Below, piece after piece: positions 63,394 to 64,000 of a stretch of DNA of 64,000 bases. Position 1 is the first letter of the stretch. Each line of letters starts with the position of its first letter. The stretch covers positions 3,162,480-3,226,479 of the forward strand of contig OZ316898.1 of the NCBI GenBank assembly GCA_973895155.1. Reading direction: 5' to 3'. The notes beneath the pieces were generated by a model. It was not told the DNA's origin, searched no databases, and saw nothing but the letters and a program-made list of their open reading frames with translations. Source of the DNA: Marsupella aquatica (lineage: Eukaryota; Plantae; Marchantiophyta). A program made the position numbers and the translations under genes.

Positions 63394-64000
63394 TCAGAGA
63401 GCCGTACGGTCGAAGGACCTCTCAAAAGTCACCGGTGGCATCACAAATTCTTCACCTTGGCCGAAGTTCTTCCCTACTGCCATCACCTGAATAGTAGTAC
63501 ACCCGAAATACATTGAGACCTCAATGTCGGGCCATGCTCCTAATACATCTTTACTAGGATGCTTCACAACAAACCTGCCTTCTTTATGTGTGCCTGGCTC
63601 TGTTACGTATTTTGGATCAGTGTTAGAGTTGGAATACAGCGAGATACTCGTCTCAGTTAGATTACGGGAAATGGGCACGAACCTATGGCTCACACAACAA
63701 TCTACGAGGACAGTCTCGCCATTTCTGGTGAAGACTTCGAATGTATCATCAGATCGTGTCGCTCCGTCGTGATCTACAAACTTCATATGAAGTGGGTCAC
63801 CCTGACGGAACAGCCTATAGACCGCAATTCCGTAAGTCTTCTTGGAGATACGCGACATTACGAGGTCAGATCCAACTCCAAACGCGATTGCTCCACAACA
63901 GATCGCGCTTCCCGGCACCTCGGGGAAAATAATTTTTCCCGGGGCCAACCTCTGTGAGTAGACCGCCTTAATTCGCTTTGTTAGATACGGTGATGCTGAA
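63394..64000 (-). CDS. HSPA12-like atypical Hsp70-family protein, C-terminal part (gene runs off the right edge)
   Basis: The frame is open to the edge: SASPYLTKRIK...IIFPEVPGSAICCGAIAFG....VMSRISKKTYGI, FEVFTRNGETV, SLYSNSNTDPKYVTEPG, IEVSMYFGCTTIQVMA. This resembles the HSPA12 pattern (F..SPYL; SR....TYG; F.FG.TEI) rather than canonical DnaK/Hsp70, and there is no EEVD tail. Confidence 0.7.
   Translation of the reverse strand, partial: SASPYLTKRIKAVYSQRLAPGKIIFPEVPGSAICCGAIAFGVGSDLVMSRISKKTYGIAVYRLFRQGDPLHMKFVDHDGATRSDDTFEVFTRNGETVLVDCCVSHRFVPISRNLTETSISLYSNSNTDPKYVTEPGTHKEGRFVVKHPSKDVLGAWPDIEVSMYFGCTTIQVMAVGKNFGQGEEFVMPPVTFERSFDRTAL

Overview
Eukaryotic, intron-containing land-plant DNA. 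It is most likely a bryophyte such as a liverwort; this is inferred from the hydrolase-type NLRs and an HSPA12-like Hsp70, not proven. The left part holds conserved genes: the 5' exons of a coclaurine-N-methyltransferase/CFA-synthase-like gene (-), a multi-exon TMEM8/PGAP6-like gene (+) and FIGL1 (-). The centre (21.2-39.1 kb) holds two paralogous, convergently oriented NLRs with an N-terminal SERAC1/SesB-like alpha/beta-hydrolase. The + copy (hydrolase-NB-ARC-LRR) has a near-identical 360-bp LRR array and two apparent 1-nt frameshifts. The - copy splices in frame into a ~2,220-aa hydrolase-NB-ARC1-LRR-NB-ARC2-LRR protein. Its second NB-ARC has altered Walker B and MHD motifs, and the LRR carries the scar of a third module. 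This tandem-NB-ARC hydrolase NLR and its partner are the most unusual feature. The right part has an intronless ankyrin-PGG (ACD6-like) gene, a GIL1/IRKI-like gene and the 3' end of an HSPA12-like gene, among tandem repeats and degenerate TE-like DNA. Exon boundaries were read by eye from GT/AG sites and family motifs.
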